Source: Acutalibacteraceae bacterium
Lineage (GTDB): Bacteria; Bacillota; Clostridia; Oscillospirales; Acutalibacteraceae
Direction of reading: 5' to 3'
DNA: 56,215 nucleotides
Assembly (NCBI GenBank): GCA_045531495.1
Contig: JAZSED010000038.1
Span: 1 to 56,215, forward strand
Shown here: one piece after another, positions 33,485 to 45,405 of the stretch
Layout: the number at the start of each line of letters is the position of its first letter
Numbering within the stretch: position 1 is the stretch's first letter
The notes under the pieces: model-generated
Databases searched by the model: none
Told to the model about the DNA's origin: nothing
The model's input: only the letters and a program-made list of their open reading frames with translations
Translations under genes and position numbers: made by a program

Positions 33485-36073
33485 TTATTCAGCGGGCGTA
33501 TCCTCAGCGGGTGCGGTTTGCTCAGCCGTTTCTTCGGGCAGCTCTGCGCCCTCGTCGGGATTTTCGGTACCGTCGTCTACAAGATGGGTGGTTTCCTCCT
33601 CGTCGTCGTGCGGTACACAAGCCATAGAAACAATACGGTTACCTTCACCGATACGCATCACGCGCACGCCCTTGGACGGGCGGTGGCACAAGCGTACTTC
33701 TTCGGACAAGATGCGGATAATGATACCGTCAGCGGAAATGAGAATAACGTCCTCGGTGCCGTCCACCATTTTGATGCCCGCCACTTTACCGTGGGTGGCA
33801 GTATGATAGTTGGTGATACCTTTACCGGCTCTGGATTGAATACGGTAATCCTCCAGGTCACTGCGCCTGCCGTAACCGGTTTCGGAAACGGTAAGCAAGG
33901 TCTGACCCTCTTTACACAGCTCCATACCCACGACCTCATCCCCTTCACGGAGAGAGATAGCGCGTACACCGCGTGCGGTTCTGCCCACAACGCGGGCATC
34001 ATTCTCATCAAAACGGATAGCCATACCGTCACGTGTCGCAACCAGCAGGGTCTGCTCACCGTCGGTAAGATGTACCCAGGCCAGCTCATCCCCCTCATCC
34101 AGGTCAATGGCGATTAAGCCGTTTTTACGGATATTGGCATACGCTTCCAGCTTGGTGCGTTTGATAACGCCCTTGCGGGTAACCATACACAGATAACCGG
34201 TTGCGTCTTCCCCACCGTCATGGCGGATAATGGCGGTAACCTTTTCTTCCTTCTCAATCGGCAGGATATTCACAATGTTCATACCCTTAGCGGTACGCGC
34301 GCCTTCCGGCACTTCGTAGGCTTTTAAGCGGTACACTTTACCGTAAGAGGTGAAGAAATAGATATAATCGTGAGAACTGCACGCAAACATGGTGTTGGTG
34401 TAGTCCTCCTCGCGCGTACCCATACCCACGATACCTCTGCCGCCGCGGCGCTGTGCACGGTAGGTGTCAGCCGGCTGACGCTTAATGTAGCCGAGCGAGG
34501 TCATGGTCAACACGCAATCTTCTTCGGGGATAAGGTCTTCAATATCCACCTCACCCGACACGAAGGAGATTTCGGTACGGCGTGCATCGCCGTATTTATC
34601 ACGCATACGCAGGCATTCTTCCTTAACAATCGCACGAATCTTGTGCTCATCCGCCAAAATGCCTTCGAGTTCCGCAATACGGGCGCGCAATGCGGCGAGC
34701 TCGTCCTCGATTTTCTGTCTTTCCAGACCGGACAACTGGCGCAAGCGCATCTGCACGATAGCTTCCGCCTGCACGTCATCAAAGTTAAAGCGTTCCATTA
34801 AGCGCGCTTTTGCCTCGGGCGTATCCGCGGAGCTGCGAATCATCTCGATAACCTCGTCGATAAAGTCAACTGCCGTGTGCAGCGCGTCCAAAATATGCGC
34901 TTTATCTCTTGCTTTGCGCAGTTCGAACAGACAACGGCGGGTGATAACCTCCTGCTGGAATTTGATATATTCCTCTAAAATCTGTTTTAAGTTCAAAATG
35001 CGCGGCACACCGTCCACAAGGCACAACAGGATAACACCAAAGGTGCTTTGCATCTCGGTGTAGGCATACAACTGATTTAAAACGACCTGCGGCACCGCGT
35101 CCTTCTTCAGGTCGATGACAATACGCATACCTTCCTTGCTGGAATGGTCCACAACGTCGCGGATACCTTCCACGCGTTTGGAGTCCACAAGGTCAATAAT
35201 GGATTTTACCATCTTGAGCTTGTTAACCTGGTACGGAATTTCGCTGATAACAATACGGCTGGAGTTGCCGTGTTCTTCAATTTCCGCTTTGGAGCGCACC
35301 ACGATTCTGCCTCTGCCTGTCGCATACGCGGCGCGGATGCCTGCGTGGCCCATAATCACACCGCCGGTCGGGAAATCCGGACCTTTGATATGCTCCATAA
35401 TGTCCACAAGCTCTGCCTCAGGGTTATCAATCAGCAAACAGATAGCATCTACCACTTCGCACAGGTTGTGCGGCGGAATATTGGTCGCCATACCGACCGC
35501 AATACCCATAGAACCGTTAACAATGAGGTTCGGGAAACGGGACGGCAATACAACAGGCTCTTGCAGACGGTCGTCGTAGTTACCTGTAAAGTCAACCGTT
35601 TCTTTTTCAATGTCGGCAAGCATATCCAGCGACATTTTGCTCATACGCGACTCGGTATAACGGTAAGCAGCCGCGGGATGGCCGTCAATGGAACCGAAGT
35701 TACCGTGTCCGTCGATAAGCGGGTAACGCAGAGAGAAATTCTGCGCCATACGCACCATCGCGTCGTAAACGGAGGCGTCACCGTGCGGATGATAACGGCC
35801 CAGCACCGCGCCGACCGTGTCCGCGCACTTACGGTACGCTTTGTCGGGGGTCAGACCGTTTTCGTGCATGGTATACAGGATGCGGCGGTGCACGGGTTTT
35901 AAGCCGTCACGCACGTCAGGCAACGCACGGGACACGATAACCGACATAGAATATTCAAGGAAACTCTTTTTCATTTCCTTTTCAAGGTCTACAGGCACCA
36001 CCTTAGTGGGGGTTTCCCCTCCTGCTGTTTCTACAGGGACGGTGGTTTCGTTGGTGTAGTTTTGTTCGTCCAT
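33485..36073 (-). CDS. gyrA: DNA gyrase subunit A
   Basis: [24 protein letters not shown] and YHPHGD match, and the catalytic Tyr context AAAYRYTE is present. The C-terminus is an acidic tail. Confidence 0.97.
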   Translation of the reverse strand: MDEQNYTNETTVPVETAGGETPTKVVPVDLEKEMKKSFLEYSMSVIVSRALPDVRDGLKPVHRRILYTMHENGLTPDKAYRKCADTVGAVLGRYHPHGDASVYDAMVRMAQNFSLRYPLIDGHGNFGSIDGHPAAAYRYTESRMSKMSLDMLADIEKETVDFTGNYDDRLQEPVVLPSRFPNLIVNGSMGIAVGMATNIPPHNLCEVVDAICLLIDNPEAELVDIMEHIKGPDFPTGGVIMGHAGIRAAYATGRGRIVVRSKAEIEEHGNSSRIVISEIPYQVNKLKMVKSIIDLVDSKRVEGIRDVVDHSSKEGMRIVIDLKKDAVPQVVLNQLYAYTEMQSTFGVILLCLVDGVPRILNLKQILEEYIKFQQEVITRRCLFELRKARDKAHILDALHTAVDFIDEVIEMIRSSADTPEAKARLMERFNFDDVQAEAIVQMRLRQLSGLERQKIEDELAALRARIAELEGILADEHKIRAIVKEECLRMRDKYGDARRTEISFVSGEVDIEDLIPEEDCVLTMTSLGYIKRQPADTYRAQRRGGRGIVGMGTREEDYTNTMFACSSHDYIYFFTSYGKVYRLKAYEVPEGARTAKGMNIVNILPIEKEEKVTAIIRHDGGEDATGYLCMVTRKGVIKRTKLEAYANIRKNGLIAIDLDEGDELAWVHLTDGEQTLLVATRDGMAIRFDENDARVVGRTARGVRAISLREGDEVVGMELCKEGQTLLTVSETGYGRRSDLEDYRIQSRAGKGITNYHTATHGKVAGIKMVDGTEDVILISADGIIIRILSEEVRLCHRPSKGVRVMRIGEGNRIVSMACVPHDDEEETTHLVDDGTENPDEGAELPEETAEQTAPAEDTPAE

Positions 36074-36075
36074 CT

Positions 36076-37179
36076 TTACTGATTCCCCTTCATTTTATCA
36101 TTCACGATACTGCGCAGGAAATCCATATCACCCACACAGCGCTTCGGGATATATACATATTGTCTCTTATTATATATTTCTACCGCGTCTTCACCCTCTA
36201 CCGCGTGTGCAATATCGCGCCATTGCAATATTACCTTTTGCGGCACGGTTTCGGTCTTTTTCTCAACGACTACCGCGTGTTCATTGAGGGTAACGGTAAG
36301 AACGCCGTTATCCCGGTCGGTGCGCTTGTACCGCGGTACCCAAAACAACGCTTTTAATACCGCGAACAACGCTACAGCCACCCAGAAGGTTACGGTAGCG
36401 GCGGTAAAGCCGTTATCCAATCCTGCCGATGCGGAAAGTAAGAAGCAAAACAGAAAGTACAGCGGTGCAGAACGGAAAATATCCCGTTTTATCACCGTTT
36501 TCAGTAAGGCTTTCCGCTCTTTTTCTTCGTACTGCATTGCAAAGGTGTACAGCACCGCGGGCGGGGTTGCGGACATAAGCTCTAACCGCGCGGTTGCGGT
36601 AGGCTGCAACCGTCCCTTTGAAACGTAAAAGCGGGGATTGATATACCGTTGTGCGATAAACCGTACCGCCGCCGCGTCTTCCTTTGTCAAGCAACGGGCA
36701 GGCAGAACAATGCCCTGTCCGAAGCGATTGACGAAAATCAGCATCTCCTGCCGTTCAATAAACAACAGATCACGGTCAAAAGAAAGAATAACACTGCCGC
36801 TTTCGGTCACCTTGGTAATCCCGTCGGTATTTACCGTTACCATACCGTCAAACACCTGACCGCCGGCAACGGCATCCTCATACCCCTTTGCAAACCGACG
36901 GTTTTCGATAAGTTTGGGTAAAAATATCCAAAATCCCAACAAAACGGCAAACACAAGGAAGGATACAACCACAACAGGGTCTTGCATCCTTTCCGGGTCG
37001 TTTCTGAAAATATCCCCCGCCGTTAACAGTATAAACACCGTAAGCAAAAGGGTAATCACCTTCACAACCCGTTTCCCTGCCACAAATTTTGTCATCGTTT
37101 TTTGGAAAATAACGTATTCGGTTTTATTCAGACCTACGCCAAAGGTAAGGGCGGTGTCCTTTTCCATTTCGTTTTCCAT
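36076..37179 (-). CDS. YcxB-like membrane protein (tandem two-module form)
   Basis: The unit TM pair plus soluble segment occurs twice (..[19 protein letters not shown].. and ..[10 protein letters not shown]..). The pattern resembles the YcxB family. Confidence 0.5.
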   Translation of the reverse strand: MENEMEKDTALTFGVGLNKTEYVIFQKTMTKFVAGKRVVKVITLLLTVFILLTAGDIFRNDPERMQDPVVVVSFLVFAVLLGFWIFLPKLIENRRFAKGYEDAVAGGQVFDGMVTVNTDGITKVTESGSVILSFDRDLLFIERQEMLIFVNRFGQGIVLPARCLTKEDAAAVRFIAQRYINPRFYVSKGRLQPTATARLELMSATPPAVLYTFAMQYEEKERKALLKTVIKRDIFRSAPLYFLFCFLLSASAGLDNGFTAATVTFWVAVALFAVLKALFWVPRYKRTDRDNGVLTVTLNEHAVVVEKKTETVPQKVILQWRDIAHAVEGEDAVEIYNKRQYVYIPKRCVGDMDFLRSIVNDKMKGNQ

Positions 37180-37180
37180 A

Positions 37181-37726
37181 TTACCCTCTGTGGAACAGTC
37201 GATACCACGCAGAGCCGCGTTTTAACCGTTTTTTCAGTTCCTTCATCTCTTTTTCCGGCACGTCACGCTTGGGAATAATCAAATAGCCGCGCCGATTTTG
37301 TATCAACAGGAAAAAGTCCTTTTTCTCCAAAAAATATTTACAATCCGAAAACGGAATATCGGTAGATACCATTTGGGAGGTTATCGATATAGAATGGGAA
37401 AACACCGAGAGTGTTCTTTCCCCGATTGCCATATATTTTTCGAGATAATGACGGCGTCTTTTGTTTACGTGCGGTATAACTATAGAAAAATATACAAAAG
37501 GTAAAGCTATTGCCGCACCACAAAAGGCAATTGCTGTCCAAAAGAGGTCGGTTGTCTGCTTTGTAAACAACATACATGCCGCCGAGGCGATAAGCAGTAA
37601 AGAAACGAGAAAAACGAGCCACCAAAACTGCAAAACACCGCAACGGTACTGCACCGTAAACCACGCTTTTTCGTGTTCTTTGGCTGTACAGGACACAGAA
37701 AACTCAATTTTGTGTTTTCTTTTCAT
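37181..37726 (-). CDS. YcxB-like membrane protein
   Basis: Two TM helices are followed by FFLLIQNRRGYLIIPKRDVPEKEMKELKKRL. Start is the ATG at 37726, 14 nt after the gyrB stop. Confidence 0.5.
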   Translation of the reverse strand: MKRKHKIEFSVSCTAKEHEKAWFTVQYRCGVLQFWWLVFLVSLLLIASAACMLFTKQTTDLFWTAIAFCGAAIALPFVYFSIVIPHVNKRRRHYLEKYMAIGERTLSVFSHSISITSQMVSTDIPFSDCKYFLEKKDFFLLIQNRRGYLIIPKRDVPEKEMKELKKRLKRGSAWYRLFHRG

Positions 37727-37739
37727 CAAACACCCTTCT

Positions 37740-39710
37740 TTAGATATCCAGATTTTGCACGTACTGTGCGTTCTTTTCAATAAATTCTTTACGCGGTTCC
37801 ACCTTATCACCCATCAAAATGGAGAAGGTTTCATCCGCGGCAATCGCATCGCTTAAGGTTACCTTCAGCATCGTACGGAACGCGGGGTCCATGGTGGTTT
37901 CCCAAAGCTGTTCGGGGTCCATTTCACCGAGACCTTTATAGCGTTGTACGTCCGCATTGCCGCCAAGCTCAGCAATATACGCGTCTCTTTCCTCATCCGA
38001 GAACGCATACCGCACCTGTTTACCCTTAAACACCTTAAAAAGCGGCGGCTGTGCAATATAAATGTGTCCCTCGTCAACGAGGGGTCTCATATAACGGAAG
38101 AAGAAGGTTAAAAGCAGGGTACGAATGTGCGAGCCGTCAACGTCCGCGTCCGCCATAATGATAATTTTTCCGTAACGGAGCTTACTTATATCAAAATCCT
38201 CGCCGATACCGCAACCCAGCGCCACCACAACCGGCAACAGCTTTTCGTTGCTGTACACCTTGTCAATACGCGCTTTTTCAACGTTGAGCATTTTACCCCA
38301 CAAGGGCAAAATTGCCTGATAGTTTCTGTCTCTGCCCTGAATAGCAGAGCCGCCGGCGGAATCACCCTCGACGATGTACAATTCGGTACGCTGGGCATCG
38401 TTCCAGATACAGTCAGCGAGCTTTTCGGGCATACGGGTGGCGGACAGCTTTTTATTATTTCGCGCGTTTTCTCTCGCCTTTTGTGCAGCTTCACGCACAC
38501 GGGCGGCATTGATACATTTATCTAAGATTGCTCTGCCCACAGCGGGGTTTTCATCCAGATACGGCACCAGCTTTTCATTCAGCAGTTGATTGACAAGGGT
38601 GCCCATAGAGGTATTTCCGAGCTTTGCCTTGGTCTGCCCTTCAAACTGCGCGTCGGTGAGCTTTACACTGATAACGGCAGTGAGACCCTCGCGCACGTCG
38701 TCGCCCTTGAGGTTGGAATCACTGTCTTTTAGCATTTTATAGCGGCGCGCGTAATCATTTAAGATACGGGTAATGGCCTTTTTAAAGGAATCCTCGTGGG
38801 TACCGCCGTCCACCGTGTGAATATTATTGGCAAAGGAAATAATGGTTTCATTATAGCTGTCGTTATATTGGAACGCCACCTCCGCGATAGCGTCGCCCTT
38901 TGCCAGGGACATATGCACTACCTGTTCGTGCAGCGGCACGTTACCGCGCACTTTATTCAAGAAATCTACAAAGGAGGAGATACCGCCTTCGTAGCAATAT
39001 TCTTCTTCAATGATATGCTCGCTGTCTCTGCGGTCAGCAAGGGTGATTTTAAGCCCTGCGTTAAGGAACGCCTGCTCACGCAGTCTCTTTTGCAGCACCT
39101 CAAATTCATATTCGGTGGTTTCGCTGAACACCTGTGCGTCCGCCTTGAAACGGATTAACGTCCCCGTTTCGGCAGCGTCACCGATAACCGTGAGGTCGTT
39201 GACAGGGGTACCGCGCTCAAAACGCTGTGCATGCACCTTGCCGTCACGGGAAATTTCTACCTCAAGCCATTCGGAAAGCGCATTTACAACCGACGAACCC
39301 ACGCCGTGCAAACCGCCCGACACCTTATAGCCGCTGCCGCCGAACTTACCGCCCGCGTGCAGAACGGTCAACACCACCGTTACGGCGGGCAAACCCAATT
39401 TTTCATTCATATCCACGGGAATACCGCGGCCGTTATCGCGCACCGAGATAATATCACCCGGAAGAATATCCACCTCAATATGGGTACAATAGCCCGCAAG
39501 CGCCTCGTCAATAGAGTTATCCACAATTTCATACACCAAATGGTGCAATCCGCGCGGACCGGTAGAACCGATATACATACCGGGTCTCTTTCTTACCGCC
39601 TCTAACCCTTCGAGAACTTGAATCTGGCTCGCGTCATACGCGGTATCTTCGGGACGGGTCATTTCCTCTTGTACTGTTTTTTCTAATTCCATTTCGGTTG
39701 CCATTAGCAT
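37740..39710 (-). CDS. gyrB: DNA gyrase subunit B
   Basis: [27 protein letters not shown], the Toprim motif EGDSAGG and [12 protein letters not shown]. Confidence 0.97.
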   Translation of the reverse strand: MLMATEMELEKTVQEEMTRPEDTAYDASQIQVLEGLEAVRKRPGMYIGSTGPRGLHHLVYEIVDNSIDEALAGYCTHIEVDILPGDIISVRDNGRGIPVDMNEKLGLPAVTVVLTVLHAGGKFGGSGYKVSGGLHGVGSSVVNALSEWLEVEISRDGKVHAQRFERGTPVNDLTVIGDAAETGTLIRFKADAQVFSETTEYEFEVLQKRLREQAFLNAGLKITLADRRDSEHIIEEEYCYEGGISSFVDFLNKVRGNVPLHEQVVHMSLAKGDAIAEVAFQYNDSYNETIISFANNIHTVDGGTHEDSFKKAITRILNDYARRYKMLKDSDSNLKGDDVREGLTAVISVKLTDAQFEGQTKAKLGNTSMGTLVNQLLNEKLVPYLDENPAVGRAILDKCINAARVREAAQKARENARNNKKLSATRMPEKLADCIWNDAQRTELYIVEGDSAGGSAIQGRDRNYQAILPLWGKMLNVEKARIDKVYSNEKLLPVVVALGCGIGEDFDISKLRYGKIIIMADADVDGSHIRTLLLTFFFRYMRPLVDEGHIYIAQPPLFKVFKGKQVRYAFSDEERDAYIAELGGNADVQRYKGLGEMDPEQLWETTMDPAFRTMLKVTLSDAIAADETFSILMGDKVEPRKEFIEKNAQYVQNLDI

Positions 39711-39733
39711 TTTTCCCCTTTATATAATCTTCT

Positions 39734-39997
39734 TTATAAATGCTTCATTCTCTGTTTTGCTCTGCCGCGAAGGGTTGCGGCAGAAATTTGCGAAATATAT
39801 ACCGTTTCGTCCCCCTCGTGCTCACACACGATAAAGGATTTGGGCAGCTCAGAGGTAACGTTTACCACCCTGCCGCCTTTTTGTGCATCTGCTAAAAACT
39901 GTCTTGTCAGCTTGGATACGGTGGTGTTTTCCATATCGAATATACCGATAATGTCACGCGACCGCACCACAACGTCGTTTCCTACATGTAAATACAT
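39734..39997 (-). CDS. remB: DUF370 / RemB (YaaB)-like protein
   Basis: 87 aa beginning MYLHVGNDVVVRSRDIIGIFD. It sits in the conserved recF-gyrB position. Confidence 0.8.
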   Translation of the reverse strand: MYLHVGNDVVVRSRDIIGIFDMENTTVSKLTRQFLADAQKGGRVVNVTSELPKSFIVCEHEGDETVYISQISAATLRGRAKQRMKHL

Positions 39998-40024
39998 ATA
40001 TTTTCCTTTACAAATAGTATAAAA

Positions 40025-41125
40025 TTATAAAATTTCGCCGTTTTGTATATGAAATACCTTGCCACCCGTCTGTCTTTCGATAGCGACGTGGTCACAACAG
40101 GTAATCAGCACCTGCCAATCATGAATATGATTCAGTATATAATCCTGTCTGCCGATATCCAGCTCGCTCATTACATCGTCCAAAAGCGCAATCGGCTGTT
40201 CTCCCGTCACCTCTTTCAGAAGGGACGCTTCTGCGAGCTTTAATGCAAGCACACAAGAACGTTTTTGTCCCTGTGAACCGAAATCCTTAGCGGAGATACC
40301 GTCTAACGTAATCAGCAAATCCTCTCGATGCGCGCCGACGGTGGAAAAGCCCGCCGCCATATCCTGCGGTCTGGCCTCTGCAATTTTTAAGCGATACTGC
40401 TCATATAACTCCATAACCGATTCGGACGGCTGTACAGCGGTGGAAAGTGCAATGGTAAGCTGCTCTTTTCCGCCTGACAGACCGTTATACACAGCGGCAC
40501 ATTCGGGCAGCATCTTTTTGATGTATTTTAAGCGCGCAAAGGTCACCTTTGCGGCGGCGGTGGCTAATGCCTCGTCCCATACGGAAAGCTGGCTTAAAAC
40601 GGCATTTCTGTCCATTTCTCCGCTTTTAAGCATTTTTAATAAAGCGTTTCTCTGGGTGAGTATTTTTTGATACTCCGAGAGAATTTTGATATAAGCGGGA
40701 CGTAACTGACAGTAAGCGCTGTCAATAAACCGCCGTCTGTCCTCGGGTGCGCCGGATACCAGATGCAAATGTGCCGGACAAAACACCACCGCACAAAATC
40801 TGCCGGTAATGGCGGTAGGAGACTTTTGTTTTATACCGTTTAAGGTAAGCGTTCTGCGTTTGACGATTTCAATATCTGCCGTCTGTGTCCTCTCCCCCGC
40901 AAAAAAGGAAGCGGACAAGGTAGCTTTTTCGCGGTTAAAAGCGATAAGCTCGCTGTCTTTCGCACCGCGAAAGCTTTTTCCGCCGGTAAAAAGCCAACAC
41001 GCTTCCAGCAGGTTGGTTTTTCCCTGCGCATTATCGCCGTACAGAATGTTGACACCGCCCGACAGGTCGATTTTTCCGTCTTTCAGATTACGAAAGGCCG
41101 AAAAGGTCAATGATTCAATACGCAA
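40025..41125 (-). CDS. recF: DNA replication/repair protein RecF
   Basis: Walker A GDNAQGKTNLLEA, the signature SQGQKRS and LLDDVMSELD. Confidence 0.95.
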   Translation of the reverse strand: MRIESLTFSAFRNLKDGKIDLSGGVNILYGDNAQGKTNLLEACWLFTGGKSFRGAKDSELIAFNREKATLSASFFAGERTQTADIEIVKRRTLTLNGIKQKSPTAITGRFCAVVFCPAHLHLVSGAPEDRRRFIDSAYCQLRPAYIKILSEYQKILTQRNALLKMLKSGEMDRNAVLSQLSVWDEALATAAAKVTFARLKYIKKMLPECAAVYNGLSGGKEQLTIALSTAVQPSESVMELYEQYRLKIAEARPQDMAAGFSTVGAHREDLLITLDGISAKDFGSQGQKRSCVLALKLAEASLLKEVTGEQPIALLDDVMSELDIGRQDYILNHIHDWQVLITCCDHVAIERQTGGKVFHIQNGEIL

Positions 41126-41330
41126 TGGTTATCTCTCTCTTCTCGTGCGGTACGGTAACGGTATCCCCGTCCCGCAGTTTTTTACCGCGCATCGGGCAAA
41201 CCTCACCGTTTACAAGAATCAGACCGCTTTGTATCATAACTTTTGCCTGTCCGCCTGTAGAAGCGACCCCCGTCAGCTTTAAAAGGTCGTCAAGACGGAT
41301 AAATTCGGTATCTATCTTTACAGTTTCCAT
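41115..41330 (-). CDS. yaaA: S4-domain RNA-binding protein YaaA
   Basis: 71 aa with IRLDDLLKLTGVASTGGQAKVMIQSGLILVNGEV. It sits in the conserved position between dnaN and recF. Confidence 0.8.
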   Translation of the reverse strand: METVKIDTEFIRLDDLLKLTGVASTGGQAKVMIQSGLILVNGEVCPMRGKKLRDGDTVTVPHEKREITIAY

Positions 41331-42439
41331 TATTTTTTTAACCTCACGGGCAGTACCAGGAACAAGAAGGCGTCTCCTTCCGCCGGCAAAATCTTAATGG
41401 GAGACAAAGGACCGCCGAGTTCAATGCGAATTTCATCCGTTTCGCTGTTTTTCAGCGCATCCAGAAGGAAACGGCTGTTAAAGCCCATATGCTCTGCATT
41501 ACCGTGAATTTTCACGTCTACGATATCACTTGCACTGCCAAGCGGTGTAGAACAGGAAATCTTAATGGTATCGTCTGCAAAGTCACAAACCAACGGAGAT
41601 TTCATACGGTCATTGATAACGAGAGAAGCGCGGTCTACCGCGTGCATCAACATTCTGGTGTTGGCAAAAACGGTGGTGGTAACCTCGTTTTTCAGCGTTT
41701 TTTCATAATCCATAAATTCGCCGTCCAACAAACGGGAAATCACGGCATAGCCCTTTACACTGACCACAAGATGCCGTCTGCCCACAGCAAAGGATACGGG
41801 CTCGTCATCATCATCCATCAGCTTTAACAATTCCTGTAAGCATTTACCGGGCACCACAAACTGCATATCATCACCGATATTTACCGCTTCGGAACGAATG
41901 GCCAAGCGGAAGCCGTCAACCGAAATGAGTTTTAAAATGCCGTTTGCCAATTCAAATTTGGTACCGCTGTAAATCGGACGCGGGTCATTAGGCTGTGCCA
42001 CAGCAAAAATGGTCTGCCGAATCATACTTTTAATAATCTGTTGCGATACCGTAAACCCTGCGCCGTCGTCCACCTTGGGCAGCTCGGGAAAGTCCTCCGA
42101 GCTGATGCCGGTAATGGTAAAGCTGGTCACATCACTTTTAATAATGGTATTGCCCTTCGGGTCGGTTGCCAACACAACCTTTTCGCCCGGCATTTTGCGA
42201 ACAATGTCGCCAAAAAGACGGGAAGACAAAACAATTTCACCGGTTTCCTTCACAACAGCAGGAATGGTGGTGGTAATACCAAGCTCCATATCATACCCCG
42301 CAAGGTATACAGCAGACGAGGTGGCACGAACTAAAATACCTTCCAAAGCGGGAATGGTGCTTTTTGCCGCTACTGCGCGTTGCACGTTGGAAACGGCGCC
42401 GACTAATTCTTCTAAGGAACACATAAATTGCATATTCAT
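41330..42439 (-). CDS. dnaN: DNA polymerase III beta sliding clamp
   Basis: 369 aa with a clamp-like three-domain pattern. The position after dnaA fits. The stop overlaps the yaaA start by 1 nt. Confidence 0.95.
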   Translation of the reverse strand: MNMQFMCSLEELVGAVSNVQRAVAAKSTIPALEGILVRATSSAVYLAGYDMELGITTTIPAVVKETGEIVLSSRLFGDIVRKMPGEKVVLATDPKGNTIIKSDVTSFTITGISSEDFPELPKVDDGAGFTVSQQIIKSMIRQTIFAVAQPNDPRPIYSGTKFELANGILKLISVDGFRLAIRSEAVNIGDDMQFVVPGKCLQELLKLMDDDDEPVSFAVGRRHLVVSVKGYAVISRLLDGEFMDYEKTLKNEVTTTVFANTRMLMHAVDRASLVINDRMKSPLVCDFADDTIKISCSTPLGSASDIVDVKIHGNAEHMGFNSRFLLDALKNSETDEIRIELGGPLSPIKILPAEGDAFLFLVLPVRLKK

Positions 42440-42902
42440 TACTTCCTTTCGGTGGAAAATTAAATTACAACACAGAATAGATATATATATTTCTCTCTTT
42501 TTTCAGTAGTAGAAGTAGAGGGTGTTGAAACTGTGGAAAACTCTTGTATCCTTTGCGGTTGCTGTGTTTTTTTGAGTACAGTTTTTCTTTTTTCAATGTG
42601 GAAAAAAATGAAAAACTTTTTGTCGTTTTTTAGTTTTTAACACCGCTGTGAAAAGTTCTTTAAAAAAGAGGAAAACTTTGTGAAAAAAATTACCTTTTTT
42701 TGACGGTTTTTCAACATATGCTTGTGAAAAGCATATGGAAAACCTGTTGATTGTCTGTGTAAACTTCAAAAAACACTGTGGAAAGAATAATTTTTGTCTT
42801 TTTTTGTGAAATTGTGGAAAATATAATTTCATAAAAATAACCAATATAATAAGGTATTATATTAAATATATAGGGACGGATAGACCGCCCGTATATATCT
42901 GT
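42440..42902. other. oriC: DnaA-box cluster plus AT-rich unwinding candidate in the dnaA-dnaN spacer
   Basis: TGTGGAAAA occurs at 42532, 42597 and 42813, and TGTGGAAAG at 42777. Variants are TGTGAAAAG (42647, 42723), TGTGAAAAA (42679), TATGGAAAA (42734) and GGTGGAAAA (42451). All have the same orientation. An AT-rich stretch follows at 42822-42880. Confidence 0.8.
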
Positions 42903-44225
42903 TTAGTTGTTTTCACTCAGGTTTTTGATAATATCGGTGACAAGAATATTGAAAGAGGGGTCCTGCTTCATTTTTTCTTCCACCTTTTTGATGGAATAGA
43001 CAACCGAGGAATGGTCACGCGCACTGAATTCCTCGCCGATGCTTTCCATAGAAAGACCGGTCATGGTACGGATAATGTACTGTGCAATCTGACGCGCCAG
43101 AGAAATCGGCGCACTGCGCTTGGCAGAGCGGATATCCTCAACCGTCACCTGCATACTGCGGGCGACCTCCTCAATAATCTTGTCCGTTTTAATGGACATA
43201 GGCTGGTTATCGCTGCGAATATCGCGCACCGCGTTTTGTGCAATATGTAAGGTGATTTTTTCGCCGTTTAACATATATTGCGCGCGTAAATTTTTGACAA
43301 CGCCTTCCAGCTGACGCACGTTGGTTTTAATTTGTCCGGCGATGTATTCGGCAACCTCGCCCGAAATTTCAAAACCGAGAGATTCCGCCTTTTTCTGTAC
43401 GATAGCAATACGGGTTTCAATATCCGGCGGCTGAATATCCGCGGTAAGCCCCATCTCAAAACGGGAACGCAGACGGTCATCAAGATACGCTATCTCCTTG
43501 GGCGGACGGTCAGAGGTCAAAACAATCTGTTTGTTGTTGGAATGCAAAAATTCAAACATATGGAAAAATTCCGCCTGTGTACTTTCCTTGCCGCCCAAAA
43601 ACTGAATGTCGTCAACCAATAAAACGTCTACCGCGTGATATTTGGAGCGCAGCTCCTCCCCGTCGCCGCTGCGAATTTTTTCAATAATTTCGTTTATCAT
43701 GGTCTGACCTTTGATATACAAAATATTGAAGGTAGGATTTTTTCTGCGAATTTCGTTACAAATAGCGTACATTAAGTGGGTTTTACCAAGGCCTGTCCCA
43801 CCGTGAATAAACAGGGGGTTATACTGTCCCGCCGGGTGACCTGCTACCGCCTGTGCCGCAACGTAGGCAAATTTATTGGAGGAGCCGATAATGAAGTTTT
43901 CAAAGGTAAAGGAGCTTTCAAAATCCAAAGAGCTTTCGGAATCCTTCGGCTTGTCATGGCCGTTGGAAAGGCTCTCCCTCGAATAAATTTTAAGGCCGAG
44001 CGGAATACCCAAAACCTGTAAAAAAGCGTCAATAATTTTTTGACTGTAATGCTGTTCTATAGTGTTTTTTTGGAAATCGGTCTGTACCAGACATACCATT
44101 TCGCCGTTTTCCAGAGCAGCAGGCTCAATATGACTCAGCCACACATCAAAAGCGGTCTGTGAAAACTGCGCGGTTTTTTGCAGATAGTCTAAAACCTTCT
44201 CCCAAGCTTCGTTAATCGTTTCCAT
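42903..44225 (-). CDS. dnaA: Chromosomal replication initiator protein DnaA
   Basis: Walker A GGTGLGKTHLM, LLVDDIQFL and the C-terminal DNA-binding helix (RQIAQYIIR...GEEFSARDHSSV). Confidence 0.97.
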   Translation of the reverse strand: METINEAWEKVLDYLQKTAQFSQTAFDVWLSHIEPAALENGEMVCLVQTDFQKNTIEQHYSQKIIDAFLQVLGIPLGLKIYSRESLSNGHDKPKDSESSLDFESSFTFENFIIGSSNKFAYVAAQAVAGHPAGQYNPLFIHGGTGLGKTHLMYAICNEIRRKNPTFNILYIKGQTMINEIIEKIRSGDGEELRSKYHAVDVLLVDDIQFLGGKESTQAEFFHMFEFLHSNNKQIVLTSDRPPKEIAYLDDRLRSRFEMGLTADIQPPDIETRIAIVQKKAESLGFEISGEVAEYIAGQIKTNVRQLEGVVKNLRAQYMLNGEKITLHIAQNAVRDIRSDNQPMSIKTDKIIEEVARSMQVTVEDIRSAKRSAPISLARQIAQYIIRTMTGLSMESIGEEFSARDHSSVVYSIKKVEEKMKQDPSFNILVTDIIKNLSENN

Positions 44226-44483
44226 ACGTTTCTCCTATGTAAATGTGAATTATAGTTAAAAAAGGACATAAATACCTATACTATAATTGTAGCATAAAAA
44301 AATAAAAAACACAAACATTTTTAACGAAATTTCTTGTTATTTTTCAAAAAAAGTAAAATTTTTCTCCTTTGGCAAAAAAACCGCGAAAAAACGGCTTTTT
44401 AGGCAAAAGAAAATGCAAAAAACACGGGGCACGACCCTATGTTTTGGTAAAAAGCACAGATTTTCGGAAAAAAGAAAAAAAAC

Positions 44484-44513
44484 TTGACTTTTTATATGTT
44501 GTTGTTCTATAAT
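44484..44513 (+). promoter_or_regulatory. rpmH promoter candidate
   Basis: TTGACT (44484-44489), an 18-nt spacer and TATAAT (44508-44513). Confidence 0.55.
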
Positions 44514-44584
44514 AGGTCTTTGCAAGGTAAGACTGCCTTTTTTGGGGCGGTAAAATGACCGGATAGCGAAAGGAGGACGGAAAT

Positions 44585-44719
44585 ATGCTTCGTACCTATC
44601 AACCGAAAAAACGCCATCGCAAAATGGAACACGGTTTCCGTAAAAGAATGTCTACTGCTAACGGCCGTAAGGTGCTTGCTCGCAGAAGAGCGAAGGGCAG
44701 AAAACAGCTCACTTACTAA
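44585..44719 (+). CDS. rpmH: 50S ribosomal protein L34
   Basis: Hand translation [44 protein letters not shown], with a GGAGGA RBS. At under 60 aa it is absent from the ORF track. Confidence 0.95.
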   Translation: MLRTYQPKKRHRKMEHGFRKRMSTANGRKVLARRRAKGRKQLTY

Positions 44720-44727
44720 AAAGCATT

Positions 44728-44754
44728 AAAAGACCACGGTTGTGGTCTTTTTTT
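44728..44754 (+). terminator. Terminator/attenuator hairpin between rpmH and rnpA
   Basis: AAAGACCAC-GGTT-GTGGTCTTT followed by TTTT. Confidence 0.6.
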
Positions 44755-44773
44755 GTAGAACGGAGGCGTCTTG

Positions 44774-45109
44774 ATGAAGGAAACGGTACTGCGGCAGAAT
44801 ACACAGTTCCGCACTTTATATTATCGCGGCGCCACCCGCGCCGATAAACTCATTATTGTGTTTGCGCGTAAAAACCGCTTGGGGTATACCCGCACGGGTA
44901 TCACCACCGGCAAAAAAGTAGGTAATGCTGTCAAGCGCTCCCGCTGCCGCCGTGTTATCCGCGCGGCATACAGGGAAATTTCTCCGCAGGTAAAGGCGGG
45001 ATACGACCTTGTGTTTGTAGCCCGCGCCGCCACCGCGTATTGCAAAAGCGGAGAGCTTACCGTTGCTTTGCGACGGATGCTGTGTGAGTTGGATGTGATG
45101 GACGGATGA
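44774..45109 (+). CDS. rnpA: Ribonuclease P protein component
   Basis: Basic 111-aa protein with [22 protein letters not shown]. Start is the ATG at 44774, after a GGAGG RBS. The position after rpmH fits. Confidence 0.9.
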   Translation: MKETVLRQNTQFRTLYYRGATRADKLIIVFARKNRLGYTRTGITTGKKVGNAVKRSRCRRVIRAAYREISPQVKAGYDLVFVARAATAYCKSGELTVALRRMLCELDVMDG

Positions 45110-45342
45110 AAACCGTTTTACTTTGCCTCATTCGTTTTTATCAACGCCACCTGTCACGCTTTTCACACGGATGCTGTCGGTTTACACCGACCTGCTCCGC
45201 GTATGCGTTGGAAGCCATTGAGGTACACGGCGCACTGAAAGGCACCGCCCTCTCCCTTTGGAGAATTTTGCGGTGCAACCCTCTTTTTAAAGGCGGCTAC
45301 GACCCCGTACCACCGAAGAAAAAGAGAAAAAATAACACCTGA
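45106..45342 (+). CDS. yidD: Membrane protein insertion efficiency factor YidD
   Basis: [10 protein letters not shown]...[15 protein letters not shown]...RILRCNP. It overlaps rnpA through an ATGA junction. Confidence 0.9.
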   Translation: MKTVLLCLIRFYQRHLSRFSHGCCRFTPTCSAYALEAIEVHGALKGTALSLWRILRCNPLFKGGYDPVPPKKKRKNNT

Positions 45343-45405
45343 CCGTTTGCCACCCCCTCTACCACCTCCGCGTAAACGGTCCACGAAAAAAGGAGGAAAA
45401 CCCAA

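Noticed and set aside
44226-44584. Expected second DnaA-box cluster in the rpmH-dnaA spacer.
   Set aside because: Reading both strands I found only one weak candidate (TGTGAATTA near 44243). The spacer is A-rich with the rpmH promoter but has no TTTTCCACA/TGTGGAAAA boxes. The absence is noted rather than annotated.
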